Shown here: piece after piece, positions 18,821 to 28,697 of the stretch
Position numbering within the stretch: position 1 is the first letter of the stretch
Layout of the letters: each line of letters begins with the position of its first letter
Source: Candidatus Enterousia onthequi
GTDB lineage: Bacteria; Pseudomonadota; Alphaproteobacteria; Rs-D84
Assembly (NCBI GenBank): GCA_018064365.1
Contig: JAGHVJ010000005.1
Span: 7,982 to 71,981, forward strand
Direction of reading: 5' to 3'
Length of the DNA stretch: 64,000 nucleotides
Translations under genes and position numbers: made by a program
The notes under the pieces: generated by a model
What the model was told of the DNA's origin: nothing
Database searches by the model: none
The model's input: the letters and a program-made list of their open reading frames with translations, nothing else

Positions 18821-21079
18821 TTATCCATTATTGTTTCCTGGAACGTATATATAACCACCAGAATTGCTTCTTTTGTTATTTTGTATTTGTTTGTTCAAAT
18901 CATTAATACCCTTGGCAATCCCATTAAAACATGTTTCTACATTATTTGTACTAATTGATTTACAGTTATCGGTATATTTGCTGTCCAATAAAGTTTTCAA
19001 AACTGTTGAATCTGCGGTCAATTGTTTTTTTACATTGTTTTTCAAATTCTTTTTTGTGACATATGGTTGTAATTTAGAATAATTTGAACGCAAGCATGAT
19101 AATGCTGTTTCTTCATCGATTGGGCTGCATGTGTCAAACTCTACCTTGTCTGTGGATTGGTCATCGTCGGATGATGTGCCGCCGGCAACCTGGACAGATG
19201 CCTTTAATACTTCTTTTTCCAACATGACCTTTAATTGTTTAATCATTTGTTCCAGTGTTGCGTATTGTTTATACATTTGTTGTGCAATCACTGTTGTTTT
19301 CAATGCGATGATTTCGTTCATTTTTTCGCGGTCTTCGGATTTTGTTATTTCGTCATTCTTTGTAAATCCCGCGTTCCATGCGTGCGTATCACACAGTGCA
19401 AATACCGGATCAACATAAGAAATATCTATATCCAAATCATAACATGATGATTTGCATTTTTCGGAATCTGTGCCAGGTACATTTTCACAACATGCACCTT
19501 TATCTTTGGCATCTTGGCCCAATGCCTTGGAAACGGTTGCGGCTTTTAATTTATTAATCGCATTTTCTTTGGTGGTATCAAAACCCAATCCACACATTTG
19601 TGCCGCATCATTTGCACATGAGTTGTTGTTTGTAGTTACTATTATATCTGTGCAGTTGGATTTATGTTTTAATGAGCCCTCGGTTTGATTTAACAAAATT
19701 TCCAACAAATCGATATCGATGCCGGATTTATTTTTACTGCTGCTGCGGCGACGGCGAATAAGGCCGTTGTTGATACTGTCGCTGGCACAACCGATACGCA
19801 CAGAACCCGTGGATGATGCGTCGGGATTTAAGATTTTTTCTTGGATTGCGCCATCGTTTGGGTCCAGGTATTTATTCGGTGTGCATGCAATCAAATCTTC
19901 GGGTGGAATAACATTTCCTTCATAACAATCGTGTCCTCCACGAGTGATACCATTATTTTTGCTGGATTTATGTGTGTCTTTTATGCAATTATCTTCATAT
20001 TTATATGTTGGTAAACCGGATTCACATTTTCTGCTTTCTCCTTCGCCAGTGCATTTTTCAGCATAATTCCCGCGGCAAACGTATTCAGCCCAGCGGTTGC
20101 AAGAGCCACTGAAAAACATATAAATATTACCCAAATCGACACCGACCGATTGTGCGGTGAACAATGCGTCGTCCAGGTTGTCCGCCAATGCGTCGTATGG
20201 TTCCATAAATTTGTTTGCCAATTCGCGGAATTTTGCAACACGTTTTGGGGCACTGCAATTATTTCCATTGACCTCGTTACATTTGGCATAGCGGAACGCG
20301 TCACGCATTGTTGTTTTCAAATTATTCAAACTTTGGTCGACGCCTTCCATACTGGTTAAAATTTGTCCCGTTATTGTTGCACGCGCAATCACATCATCCG
20401 ATACACCCGATTTTGCCGCCGCTTCTTGCGCAGCCGTCAAACCAGTTCCCGGATTAGCCTGGACTGCCTGCGCTTGTACCTGTGCCGACGCCGCAGCCGC
20501 AGCCGCAGAAATTGCATCTTGGTTACTGCGTTGAGATTCCGCCAACTGTTGTTGCAAAGAATCTATTTGTGCGCTGTTTTGTTGTTGCATGGATGCCATT
20601 TGTTGCTGCATCGATTGTAATTGTTGTTGCAACGCCGCATTATTTTGTTCCGCCGCCGCGGTGGCTGCCGCCGCGTTTGCCGCCGCCGCATTTTGTGCCG
20701 CGATTGAATCAGATACCAATTGTGCCGCGATTGCGTTTATTAAATCGTCACCGTGTTTTTTGCATGTTGCATTTGAATTTACACATCCCGCAACAATCGG
20801 TTTTGCAATATCCATATTTGCACAACCGCCACCCGAACATTTGGGCGACGCACATCGCAAAATCAAAGAATTACAATTTCCAAAATCTGCCGTAGCCTTG
20901 GGCGACGCCGCATTATTACGCGGATTTGTTGCGTTGTTCCACTGATTACCAACCACCGACCCCATAGAACCATTATATTGGGTTAAATTACTGCCCGCGG
21001 TTTGCGCAATGGGTGCCGCCGCAACCGCAAATGGCGCGCATAAAAACAAAGTCGAAAAAATTTTAATGAACGTTCTCAA
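18821..21079 (-). CDS. Large secreted Cys-rich protein with an Ala/Gln-rich coiled-coil-like region (752 aa), function unknown
   Basis: Signal peptide MRTFIKIFSTLFLCAPFAVAAAP. About 40 Cys scattered through it. AAQNAAAANAAAATAAAEQNNAALQQQLQSMQQQMASMQQQ low-complexity block. No family recognised. Confidence 0.8.
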   Translation of the reverse strand: MRTFIKIFSTLFLCAPFAVAAAPIAQTAGSNLTQYNGSMGSVVGNQWNNATNPRNNAASPKATADFGNCNSLILRCASPKCSGGGCANMDIAKPIVAGCVNSNATCKKHGDDLINAIAAQLVSDSIAAQNAAAANAAAATAAAEQNNAALQQQLQSMQQQMASMQQQNSAQIDSLQQQLAESQRSNQDAISAAAAAASAQVQAQAVQANPGTGLTAAQEAAAKSGVSDDVIARATITGQILTSMEGVDQSLNNLKTTMRDAFRYAKCNEVNGNNCSAPKRVAKFRELANKFMEPYDALADNLDDALFTAQSVGVDLGNIYMFFSGSCNRWAEYVCRGNYAEKCTGEGESRKCESGLPTYKYEDNCIKDTHKSSKNNGITRGGHDCYEGNVIPPEDLIACTPNKYLDPNDGAIQEKILNPDASSTGSVRIGCASDSINNGLIRRRRSSSKNKSGIDIDLLEILLNQTEGSLKHKSNCTDIIVTTNNNSCANDAAQMCGLGFDTTKENAINKLKAATVSKALGQDAKDKGACCENVPGTDSEKCKSSCYDLDIDISYVDPVFALCDTHAWNAGFTKNDEITKSEDREKMNEIIALKTTVIAQQMYKQYATLEQMIKQLKVMLEKEVLKASVQVAGGTSSDDDQSTDKVEFDTCSPIDEETALSCLRSNYSKLQPYVTKKNLKNNVKKQLTADSTVLKTLLDSKYTDNCKSISTNNVETCFNGIAKGINDLNKQIQNNKRSNSGGYIYVPGNNNG

Positions 21080-21150
21080 TGTAAATCTCTCTCGTCATAC
21101 AATTTTATCATATTTTATGATTAAATAAAAGAAATAAATTTTATCTGTTT

Positions 21151-21240
21151 CACAACTGCCCCGTCTGACTCGCATTGCTCGTCATCCACCCCTTCTTTTT
21201 ACCCTGCGGGTAGAAAAGACGGGGAATATCCGGGGGAGGA
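21151..21240. repeat. GC-rich palindromic element whose first 48 nt match 18693-18740 (39/48), in the same orientation
   Basis: CACAACTGCCCCGTCTGACTCGCATTGCTCGTCATCCACCCCTTCTTT, then the hairpin TTTTTACCC-TGC-GGGTAGAAAAGACGGGG. The outer pair is CCCCGTCT/AGACGGGG. Confidence 0.75.
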
Positions 21241-21243
21241 GAA

Positions 21244-21582
21244 CTATTTTTTGTATGTGATTTTGGAAATGGCAGGATATCCGAAATATTTATTTATGCG
21301 GCGCAATATTTCATCGTTTGCGTACGACAACTGTAATGCCAATGCGGTGTTTGCAGGTTTTATAACAACACTATATTTGTTGTCGATTGTTTTTTTTATT
21401 GCAACCAGTTTTGCAATAGATGCAATGTCTGGGCCCATTATTTCATCCCATCGTTCGGTTAAATCAGATACAGATGCAGGTCTGTGAAATGTGCCAAACA
21501 AATTGCCAAACACGCCCGCGAGTGTTGTTGGGCGTGTAATGCGAATGTTTAATTTTTTATCGAATTTATTTTCATTTGACAT
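21244..21582 (-). CDS. DUF721-family protein (113 aa from ATG 21582)
   Basis: RWDEIMGPDIASIAKLVAI...VVIKPANTALALQLSYANDEILRRINKYFG fits the DUF721 pattern (W..i.G......h..p..l......L.v.v......eL......il.rin). The longer ORF-track start overlaps mltA and was trimmed. Confidence 0.65.
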   Translation of the reverse strand: MSNENKFDKKLNIRITRPTTLAGVFGNLFGTFHRPASVSDLTERWDEIMGPDIASIAKLVAIKKTIDNKYSVVIKPANTALALQLSYANDEILRRINKYFGYPAISKITYKK

Positions 21583-22666
21583 TTGTATAAACCTTGGGCA
21601 ACAAGATAAACATTTCGCCAGATGAATGTTGACCGTGTGCATATTTATATGCCGCATCACCAGAGCCAAAGAATATGTCTGCACGAATCCAACCGCGGAT
21701 TGCACTGCCGGTGTCTTGGGCAATCATTAATCGTTGAAATTTGCTGCCGTCTGATAAATTTGTGTTTATGTATACAGGCATACCGACGGTGTAAATACTG
21801 TCGTCGACGGCAATACTGCGAATTTTAGAAAGTGGTGTGCCCAGTTTCCCAATGACTTTTTGAGATTCTGCGGTTTTGAAATATACATATCGTGGATTGT
21901 TATAAATGACTTCGCGTGCAAGCGATGGATTTTTTTTCAAATGTTTCCAAACGGCATCGGCACTGTATCCGCCATCAGGTTTGATACCACGTGCGCGTAA
22001 TTGTTCGCCAATAGATTTAAACTGCATATCGTTTGTTGCACCAAAGTTTAATTTGACAGTTGAACCGTCATCCAATGCCAATAGACCACTGCCTTGGATT
22101 TGGATGTTTTGGACATCGACAATGTTTGCCCAGTATAAAACGCGACCGATTTTATTTTCTACGATTTTCTTTTTGTGGACATTTTTATATTTCGCAGGGT
22201 TGTCTGGGGCCGCCATTAACGGTTCGTTACACTGGGCGGTTTTTGTTCGGCATGCAGGAATTGTTGGTGAATAGTATCCAGTATATGTGCCGGTTTTTTT
22301 GCCAGAATCGTCATAAATGCGATATGGTTGGAAATGTGATTCAAACCATTTGCGCACGGTTTTTGTACTGGCATTTGCGCCAGGCAACATATTGCATTTT
22401 TCACGAACCAGTGCGGCGTCTGGAATTACGCGACCAGTATATTGCAGTTTTGCATTGCATGAATTACGAAATGCTTGTAATGCGTATCTAACATCGTCGT
22501 CTTGCCATCCGGGTAGGTCTGTGTATGACACTGCGCGCAGGTTGGACGGGGCGACTTGGTCATTATTTGTATGGGTTGGGGTTGACATGTCGCAAGATGT
22601 AAGTGTAAAAGCCAGTAATATTGCGCTGAAAATACTGGAAATTTTGGTTGTTTTGAAAATAGTCAT
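21572..22666 (-). CDS. mltA: Membrane-bound lytic murein transglycosylase A (lipoprotein)
   Basis: Lipobox LTSC after the signal peptide. MltA-specific region (LPGWQDDD...ALQAFRNSC). C-terminal 3D-domain motifs QDTGSAIRGWIRADIFFGSG. Confidence 0.85.
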   Translation of the reverse strand: MTIFKTTKISSIFSAILLAFTLTSCDMSTPTHTNNDQVAPSNLRAVSYTDLPGWQDDDVRYALQAFRNSCNAKLQYTGRVIPDAALVREKCNMLPGANASTKTVRKWFESHFQPYRIYDDSGKKTGTYTGYYSPTIPACRTKTAQCNEPLMAAPDNPAKYKNVHKKKIVENKIGRVLYWANIVDVQNIQIQGSGLLALDDGSTVKLNFGATNDMQFKSIGEQLRARGIKPDGGYSADAVWKHLKKNPSLAREVIYNNPRYVYFKTAESQKVIGKLGTPLSKIRSIAVDDSIYTVGMPVYINTNLSDGSKFQRLMIAQDTGSAIRGWIRADIFFGSGDAAYKYAHGQHSSGEMFILLPKVYTNVK

Positions 22667-22748
22667 TTTTTTATTACTCCGCCACTTGTAAAATGTTTTT
22701 CATTTGTTATATTATCATAAAAGCGAGTAAAAAAAAAGGAGCAATCGC

Positions 22749-23204
22749 ATGTCACAGTTTAAAATTATTTCTCAGTTCTTGAAAGATATTTCGTTTGAAA
22801 GTCCAAATGTCCCAGAATTGTTCTTTAACCAAGATAATGGTCAGGCAAAAATTGAAATAAATATCGATATTCAAATCAAGGGTGCAGAAAATAATGTCTT
22901 TATGGTTGATTTGTTGACCAAAGTTCATTCCAAGTTGGATAAAGATAGCAAATCTATCTTTTTAATCGAAACAACTTATTCTGGTTTGGTGCAAATGGAA
23001 GAAGAAAAAGATGAAGAAGCCAAACGTCGTACTTTGTTGATTGATGTGCCACATATGTTGTTCCCGTCTGTACGTGCGTTGGTGACCCGTTTGACAGCAG
23101 AATCTGGATTCCCAGCATTTGTGATGCAACCTGTGGATTTCGAAGCGTTGTATGAACAAAGAAAAAATTCTGCACAACAAAATAATAAACCTGCAAATCA
23201 ATAA
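22749..23204 (+). CDS. secB: Protein-export chaperone SecB
   Basis: FKIISQFLKDISFESPNVPELFF, LLIDVPHMLFPSVRALVTRLTAESGFPAFVMQPVDFEALY. 151 aa. Confidence 0.9.
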   Translation: MSQFKIISQFLKDISFESPNVPELFFNQDNGQAKIEINIDIQIKGAENNVFMVDLLTKVHSKLDKDSKSIFLIETTYSGLVQMEEEKDEEAKRRTLLIDVPHMLFPSVRALVTRLTAESGFPAFVMQPVDFEALYEQRKNSAQQNNKPANQ

Positions 23205-23232
23205 AAAATTTTTGATTTTGGTTGTTTGTTTT

Positions 23233-23267
23233 ATCCCCCATTTGAATTTTTGTGGGGGATTTTTTTG
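23233..23267 (+). terminator. Intrinsic terminator after secB
   Basis: ATCCCCCA-12 nt-TGGGGGAT followed by TTTTTTT. Confidence 0.75.
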
Positions 23268-23334
23268 TGCTGTTTGTATTAGTAAAAAAACTGTGATATA
23301 ATATTTAGACTTATAGAGTTAACAGGAGATAGTT

Positions 23335-24549
23335 TTGGCAAAAGAAAAATATATTGCAATAAATGAAAATGTTGATGGATATTCGTTCGCGAATCTGGGG
23401 TTGTTTACAGGATTTGCAACGGGTGTTTATAATGCTGTTTATTCTTTGGTGATATTGGGGATTTTTACCGGAATTTTTGGTGATGAAAAACTGGCGTCGT
23501 CTGTTGTTGGTGTTTATGTTGCGATGTATTCTGTGTTCTGTATGATGGTTGGTTTGTTTTCCAAAGAATTGCTGCGTTGGTTTTCCAAGGCCAGATTGTT
23601 GGCGTGTGCGTTTTTGTTGACCGCTGTGTGTTATTCGATGATGAGTTTTTCTGTTAAACCTGCAACTTTTTTTGCTTTGGATTATGTGTCTGGGATTGGA
23701 TCAACGATTGTGTTGATATTGATTCCGTTATTTATGGCGGATTTTTCCAAAAATATTGGTATGGCAAAATTAAATGCTCGGTATCATTTATGGGTAAATA
23801 TTGGATGTTTGGTTGCGCCTTTGTTTGCGTTGAATATTGCGGAATGGTTCGGTAATTACAGAATCCCATTTTTGGCATCTGCTATGATTTATGCAGGGGG
23901 GTTGTTGTTCTTTCACCGTTTTGGTATTGTGCAACAAGAAAAAGAAATTAAAAAGGTTAGTCCACGACGTACAATTAAAGCGTTATGGATAAATACTTTG
24001 GCGTTTTTTAGATGCCCAGGTATGCCACGTGCGTATTGTGTGAATTTTGGCTATTATGCGTTGTATGCAATGCGTATTTTGTATGTGCCTATTATTGTGA
24101 TAGAGCAGGGTTTTTCGGCGAGTGTGTTGGGTTGGGTTTTAACACTGGGGATTTTGCCGTATATTATATTTGATTTATTTATAGGAAATTGGGTTAAACG
24201 ATTGGGTAGCAAGTTGTTGATGTCGATTGGCTTGCTGTCTTTTTCTGTGTTGGCATTGTGCGCAACTGTGGTGCATGGCTGGGGGTTGTTGGCAATATTT
24301 GTATTGTGGCAAATTTCTGGGGCGTTTATGGAACCTGTGCATGATTTGTTGTTTTTTGATAATACCAGAAAAAGCGAACAAGACAGATTTTATGGTGTGT
24401 TTCGGACGACTTCGTATTTGCCAAATGTTATTGCGCCGATGTTGGGGGCGTTATGTATTGCGATAACGGGTTCAACATCATCAGTTTGGTATGTTTCTGT
24501 GGTGGTTGGTGTATTTACTTTGTTTGTTTTGCTATCTAAAAAAAGATAA
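23335..24549 (+). CDS. MFS-type transporter (about 12 TM segments), substrate unknown
   Basis: TTG start 8 nt after AGGAG. 404 aa with ~12 hydrophobic helices arranged 6+6 around a basic central loop (QQEKEIKKVSPRRT). Confidence 0.6.
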   Translation: MAKEKYIAINENVDGYSFANLGLFTGFATGVYNAVYSLVILGIFTGIFGDEKLASSVVGVYVAMYSVFCMMVGLFSKELLRWFSKARLLACAFLLTAVCYSMMSFSVKPATFFALDYVSGIGSTIVLILIPLFMADFSKNIGMAKLNARYHLWVNIGCLVAPLFALNIAEWFGNYRIPFLASAMIYAGGLLFFHRFGIVQQEKEIKKVSPRRTIKALWINTLAFFRCPGMPRAYCVNFGYYALYAMRILYVPIIVIEQGFSASVLGWVLTLGILPYIIFDLFIGNWVKRLGSKLLMSIGLLSFSVLALCATVVHGWGLLAIFVLWQISGAFMEPVHDLLFFDNTRKSEQDRFYGVFRTTSYLPNVIAPMLGALCIAITGSTSSVWYVSVVVGVFTLFVLLSKKR

Positions 24550-24619
24550 TTTTATGGCACTTGCAAACGGCAAATTTTCTTAGTATGATTCTTTGTGAAA
24601 AAACAAAGGGGAAATATTT

Positions 24620-25699
24620 ATGGCAAAGAAAGAAAAAGATACTGCGACCGTGTCGGCGAAAAATCCGGCGTTGGAATCTGCTTTGGCGCAAATTCAAAAA
24701 CAATTTGGTAAAGAGGCCATTATGAAAATGGGTGATGGCTCTCAGCAAAATATCGAGGCAATATCGTCTGGTTCATTGGGGTTGGATATCGCATTGGGGA
24801 TTGGTGGTTATCCACGTGGGCGTATTGTTGAGATTTACGGTCCAGAAAGTTCTGGAAAAACAACACTTGCGTTGCATGCCGTGGCCGAGGCTCAGAAAAA
24901 AGGTGGAACATGTGCGTATATTGATGCGGAAAATGCGCTGGACCCAAGTTATGCAAAAAAATTGGGGTGTAATGTTTCTGAATTGATTATTTCACAACCT
25001 GATTCTGGAGAACAGGCGTTAGAAATTGCAGATACTTTGATTAAATCTGGGGCGGTTGATGTCGTGGTTATCGATTCGGTGGCTGCGTTGGTGCCCAAGG
25101 CCGAATTAGAAGGTAATATCGGTGATTCTTTTGTTGGAACGACTGCGCGTTTGATGTCGCAATCTTTGAAAAAATTGGCAGGGTCTGTGTCGCGTAGTAA
25201 TACTCTGTTGATTTTCATAAACCAGATTCGTATGAAAATCGGTGTTATGTTTGGAAATCCAGAAACGACATCTGGTGGAAATGCGTTAAAGTTCTATGCG
25301 TCTGTGCGTTTGGATATTCGCCGGACTGGTGCAATCAAAGATAAAGAAAATGTTATCGGTAATGAAACGCGTGTCAAAATTGTGAAAAACAAAGTTGCGC
25401 CACCTTTTCGGACTGTGGATTTCAAAATTATGTATGGCGAGGGTATTTCCAGAATATCTGAAATTTTGGATATGGGTGTTAAATACAATATTATTGAAAA
25501 GGCAGGTTCGTTTTATTCGTATAATAATGAACGTATGGGCCAAGGTGAGGCTAATGCGCGTCAATGGATAAAAGACCGTCCAGATGTTCAACAAGAATTG
25601 TTGGATAAAATTATGGCCCAGGCGAGTGGTATTGCCGAAGAAATGACTACGGGGCCTGTGGATGATGATAGTGATGCGTCAAGTGATATGGGTGAGTAA
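24620..25699 (+). CDS. recA: Recombinase RecA
   Basis: [85 protein letters not shown]. Confidence 0.98.
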   Translation: MAKKEKDTATVSAKNPALESALAQIQKQFGKEAIMKMGDGSQQNIEAISSGSLGLDIALGIGGYPRGRIVEIYGPESSGKTTLALHAVAEAQKKGGTCAYIDAENALDPSYAKKLGCNVSELIISQPDSGEQALEIADTLIKSGAVDVVVIDSVAALVPKAELEGNIGDSFVGTTARLMSQSLKKLAGSVSRSNTLLIFINQIRMKIGVMFGNPETTSGGNALKFYASVRLDIRRTGAIKDKENVIGNETRVKIVKNKVAPPFRTVDFKIMYGEGISRISEILDMGVKYNIIEKAGSFYSYNNERMGQGEANARQWIKDRPDVQQELLDKIMAQASGIAEEMTTGPVDDDSDASSDMGE

Positions 25700-25764
25700 A
25701 TTTTTCGGGCGGCGCAAATTTGTGTCGCCTGATATTTAATAAAAAACATAAAAAGGAGTTATAC

Positions 25765-26661
25765 ATGAATTTAGCGCGTTTTTTTGCAGTCGGTGAAGTC
25801 GTTGTGTTGGGGCATATTTTTAATCCTTTGTGGTGGTCGCGTGAACATAGACGCCAACGTCGCAGTGATGTTATATCACGTGTTATACCAAAATATTTTA
25901 AACGGTATTTGCCTGCAGCGGCAGCAATAGATGAACGCCGTGTTGTCAAAGATGATGAACATGAAAAAATTTGGACAATATGGTTGCAGGGCGAAGATAA
26001 AGCGCCGGCTTTGGTAAAGGCGTGTTTCCGCAGTGTTCGTCGTCATTGTAAACAAGAATTGGTTGTTTTGGATGAAAATACGATTTTTGATTATATAACT
26101 TTGCCAGTCGAAATTGTGCAAAAATACAAGGCAGGAAAAATCGCACGTGCGCATTTTGCTGATATTTGTCGTGTGGAATTGTTATATGAACATGGTGGAA
26201 TTTGGTTGGATGCAACTGCATTTGTGACATCGCCGATTGATGATTGGATTATTGAACAAGATTTCTTTGTTTTTTTAACAGGTCATGCAGGCAGTCCATA
26301 CAGTTTTATGCAGAACTGTTTTATTCGTAGTCGCAAAGGGGCGTATTTGTTAGACGCTTGGCGTGCAATGATTTTAGATTATTGGATGCATGAAAATCAT
26401 AACTTTGATTATTTTATGCATCAATTGTTATTTAAAACTTTGGTTATGAATGATGAACGTGCAAAGAAATATTTTGCAAAAATGCCGCATGTAGACCAAG
26501 ATCCGACGCATGTGCTGTGGTGGGATTATCAACATAAACCGTTTAATCAAGAAACTTTTGAGAAGGTGACATCTGGGGCTTTTTTTCAAAAGGTGACATA
26601 TCGTGGTTCGGAAAATCCGGTGCCGGGTTCTTATGCAGATGTAATGATAAATAAAATGTAG
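25765..26661 (+). CDS. Capsular-polysaccharide-synthesis family glycosyltransferase
   Basis: IWTIWLQGEDKAPALVKACFRSV ... HFADICRVELLYEHGGIWLDATAFV matches the Caps_synth-type signature as I recall it. AAAAGGAG RBS before ATG 25765. The ORF-track start at 25720 was trimmed. Confidence 0.65.
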   Translation: MNLARFFAVGEVVVLGHIFNPLWWSREHRRQRRSDVISRVIPKYFKRYLPAAAAIDERRVVKDDEHEKIWTIWLQGEDKAPALVKACFRSVRRHCKQELVVLDENTIFDYITLPVEIVQKYKAGKIARAHFADICRVELLYEHGGIWLDATAFVTSPIDDWIIEQDFFVFLTGHAGSPYSFMQNCFIRSRKGAYLLDAWRAMILDYWMHENHNFDYFMHQLLFKTLVMNDERAKKYFAKMPHVDQDPTHVLWWDYQHKPFNQETFEKVTSGAFFQKVTYRGSENPVPGSYADVMINKM

Positions 26662-26670
26662 GAGATTTTT

Positions 26671-27696
26671 ATGCCAAATAAAAAACCAAAAATTTCAATC
26701 ATTATTCCAATGTATGGTGTGGAAAAATATTTGCGCCGGTGTTTGGATTCTGTATTAAATCAAACTTTTACTGATTGGCAGGCAATTTGTGTTGATGATG
26801 GAAGCCCGGACAAATCTGGGGAAATTGCAGAAGAATATGCCGGGCGGGATGAACGATTTGTTGTTTTGCATAAAGAAAATGGTGGTTTGTCTGATGCACG
26901 AAATTATGGGATGCCACATGCAACGGGTGAATACGTTATGTATTTGGATAGTGATGATTTTATTCATCCGCAAACAATGGAAATTGCATGGAATTTAGCA
27001 CAACGTAATAATAGTGATATTGTATCGTTTACTTATGATAGATTTTATCGCCCGCAATTGATGGTGTATCATAAATTGGGTTTGGATACAGATAATGTTG
27101 TGCCATTTGGTATTCGTAAAAAGTACAATATTGATAAAATAAAATCTAAAACAGTTATGGATGTTTATGAATATGCAACCGACAGTGCGCATAATGCATT
27201 TAACCAAAATCGCAAATGGTTGATTAAACATTGTCAGGTTTGGAAAAATATGTATCGCCGTGATTTGATTTCAGATATTCCGTTTATCAAGGGTATTTTG
27301 TTCGAAGATTTTCCTTGGTGGTCGCGCGTTATGTTGCGTAATCCGCGTGTTACGATTGCCCCATTGCCTTTGTATTATTATATTCCAAACTTTGGTGGAA
27401 TTGTGTTGTCTGCAAAACAATTACGTATTATGCAGAGTTTAATTGCAGGCATTAAAGATTCGTTTGTTTTGTATCGTGACCAGGCAAATGCGCACCAGAT
27501 GGAAAAGTGGTCGGAAAACTTTTTATGGTTCTTTATAAATTGGGCTTTTCGTAAGATTAAATATTTAAAAACTGATGAAGAATTAGCAATTGCGCATCGT
27601 GAATTTACCGATTTATATGATTTGGGGGTGTTTGAAAAGGTGCCAAAAAATCGCCGTAAATTAGCGTTAAAGATAATGGATTTTATTGGTAAATAA
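26671..27696 (+). CDS. Family 2 glycosyltransferase
   Basis: ISIIIPMYGVEKYLRRCLDSVLNQT, VDDGSPD, LDSDD motifs. Confidence 0.85.
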   Translation: MPNKKPKISIIIPMYGVEKYLRRCLDSVLNQTFTDWQAICVDDGSPDKSGEIAEEYAGRDERFVVLHKENGGLSDARNYGMPHATGEYVMYLDSDDFIHPQTMEIAWNLAQRNNSDIVSFTYDRFYRPQLMVYHKLGLDTDNVVPFGIRKKYNIDKIKSKTVMDVYEYATDSAHNAFNQNRKWLIKHCQVWKNMYRRDLISDIPFIKGILFEDFPWWSRVMLRNPRVTIAPLPLYYYIPNFGGIVLSAKQLRIMQSLIAGIKDSFVLYRDQANAHQMEKWSENFLWFFINWAFRKIKYLKTDEELAIAHREFTDLYDLGVFEKVPKNRRKLALKIMDFIGK

Positions 27697-27698
27697 AA

Positions 27699-28697
27699 AT
27701 GAAGACAGCAAAAGTATCAATTATTATTCCGATATATAATGTGGAAAAATATTTGCGGAGGTGTTTGAATTCGGTTGTGGCTCAGACATTTCAAGATTGG
27801 CAGGCGATTTTAATTGATGATGGCGCGACCGATAAGTCTGGTAAAATTGCTGATGAATATGCTGGGCGGGATGAACGATTTGTTGTTATTCATAAAAAAA
27901 ATGCGGGGGTGTCAGCTGCGCGTAATGATGGGTTGAAATTGGCGTGTGGTAAATATGTTTTGTTTGTGGATTCTGATGATATGATACATCCCCAGTTGTT
28001 GGAAATCACCTGTGGTTTTGCAGAAAAAAATGATGCGGATATCGTGTCGTTCAGATATGATAAGGCTTTGTACAATTCTGTGGCACGTGGTATGGATGTT
28101 GATATATGTTTGAAAATGTTTAATTGTAAAAATTATGATTTAAATAAATTGTGCTATAAAAAAACAGATAATTTGATTCGTTTTGCTACAGAAAAAAATC
28201 ATAGTTTTGGTGCGTTTAAAATAAGACATTGTTATCCTGTTGTGCATTTATATAAACGTAGGTTGTTAAAAAATATTAAGTTTGATACTAATATTAAAAT
28301 TGCAGAAGATTTTCCATTTTGGACATCTGTATTGTTGAAAAATCCGCATGCGATTATTTTGACTGTGCCTTTGTATTTTTATATTCCGAACAATCTGTCG
28401 GCATTAAAGACGGCAAATGCACTGAAAGAATTTAGTAATATTTTAATGGCAACAATGGCAGCTTTTAATTCTGTGATGCGTGCGAATCCGGATAAAAAAT
28501 GGATGAAGATATGGAATCGGGAATTTTTATGGCCATTTATAATAACATCTATGCGTTTGGGGTATGAAGTTGATGATGTTGATTTTGTAAAAAAACAATT
28601 GTCAGAAATGGTAATGATTGGTGCATTGGATAATCCACCGACTTTGCAGGCGCGTAAATACAAACGCAGAATTCAAAGATTTATATCTGGAAATTAA
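27699..28697 (+). CDS. Family 2 glycosyltransferase, tandem paralogue of the preceding gene
   Basis: VSIIIPIYNVEKYLRRCLNSVVAQT, IDDGATD, VDSDD. The N-terminal ~100 aa are clearly similar to the 26671-27696 product. Confidence 0.85.
   Translation: MKTAKVSIIIPIYNVEKYLRRCLNSVVAQTFQDWQAILIDDGATDKSGKIADEYAGRDERFVVIHKKNAGVSAARNDGLKLACGKYVLFVDSDDMIHPQLLEITCGFAEKNDADIVSFRYDKALYNSVARGMDVDICLKMFNCKNYDLNKLCYKKTDNLIRFATEKNHSFGAFKIRHCYPVVHLYKRRLLKNIKFDTNIKIAEDFPFWTSVLLKNPHAIILTVPLYFYIPNNLSALKTANALKEFSNILMATMAAFNSVMRANPDKKWMKIWNREFLWPFIITSMRLGYEVDDVDFVKKQLSEMVMIGALDNPPTLQARKYKRRIQRFISGN

Noticed and set aside
18672-18854. 60-aa plus-strand ORF starting in the palindromic element after ruvC
   Set aside because: It is composed of hairpin arms of the repeat plus the terminator of the convergent 752-aa gene. 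It is a repeat-derived artefact.
20363-20945. Plus-strand ORFs antisense to the 752-aa gene (Ala/Cys/Arg-rich peptides)
   Set aside because: These are mirror images of the Ala/Gln low-complexity block (GCN/CAR repeats read on the other strand). They have no start context and are fully contained in a better-supported gene.
21583-21723. The long version of the DUF721 ORF (start 21723). Other long ORF-track starts were treated the same way: 1434, 3482, 25720, 30377, 33376, 38828, 43673, 51271
   Set aside because: The N-terminal extensions overlap the preceding gene or conserved non-coding sequence. Internal ATGs with RBS-like sequences match the expected family N-termini, so the starts were trimmed.
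24620-25699. RecA has Asn in the conserved DAEHALD motif (IDAENALD), considered as a functional oddity
   Set aside because: It is a single substitution in an otherwise fully canonical RecA. I cannot judge its significance without an alignment of relatives, so it is not reported as a finding.
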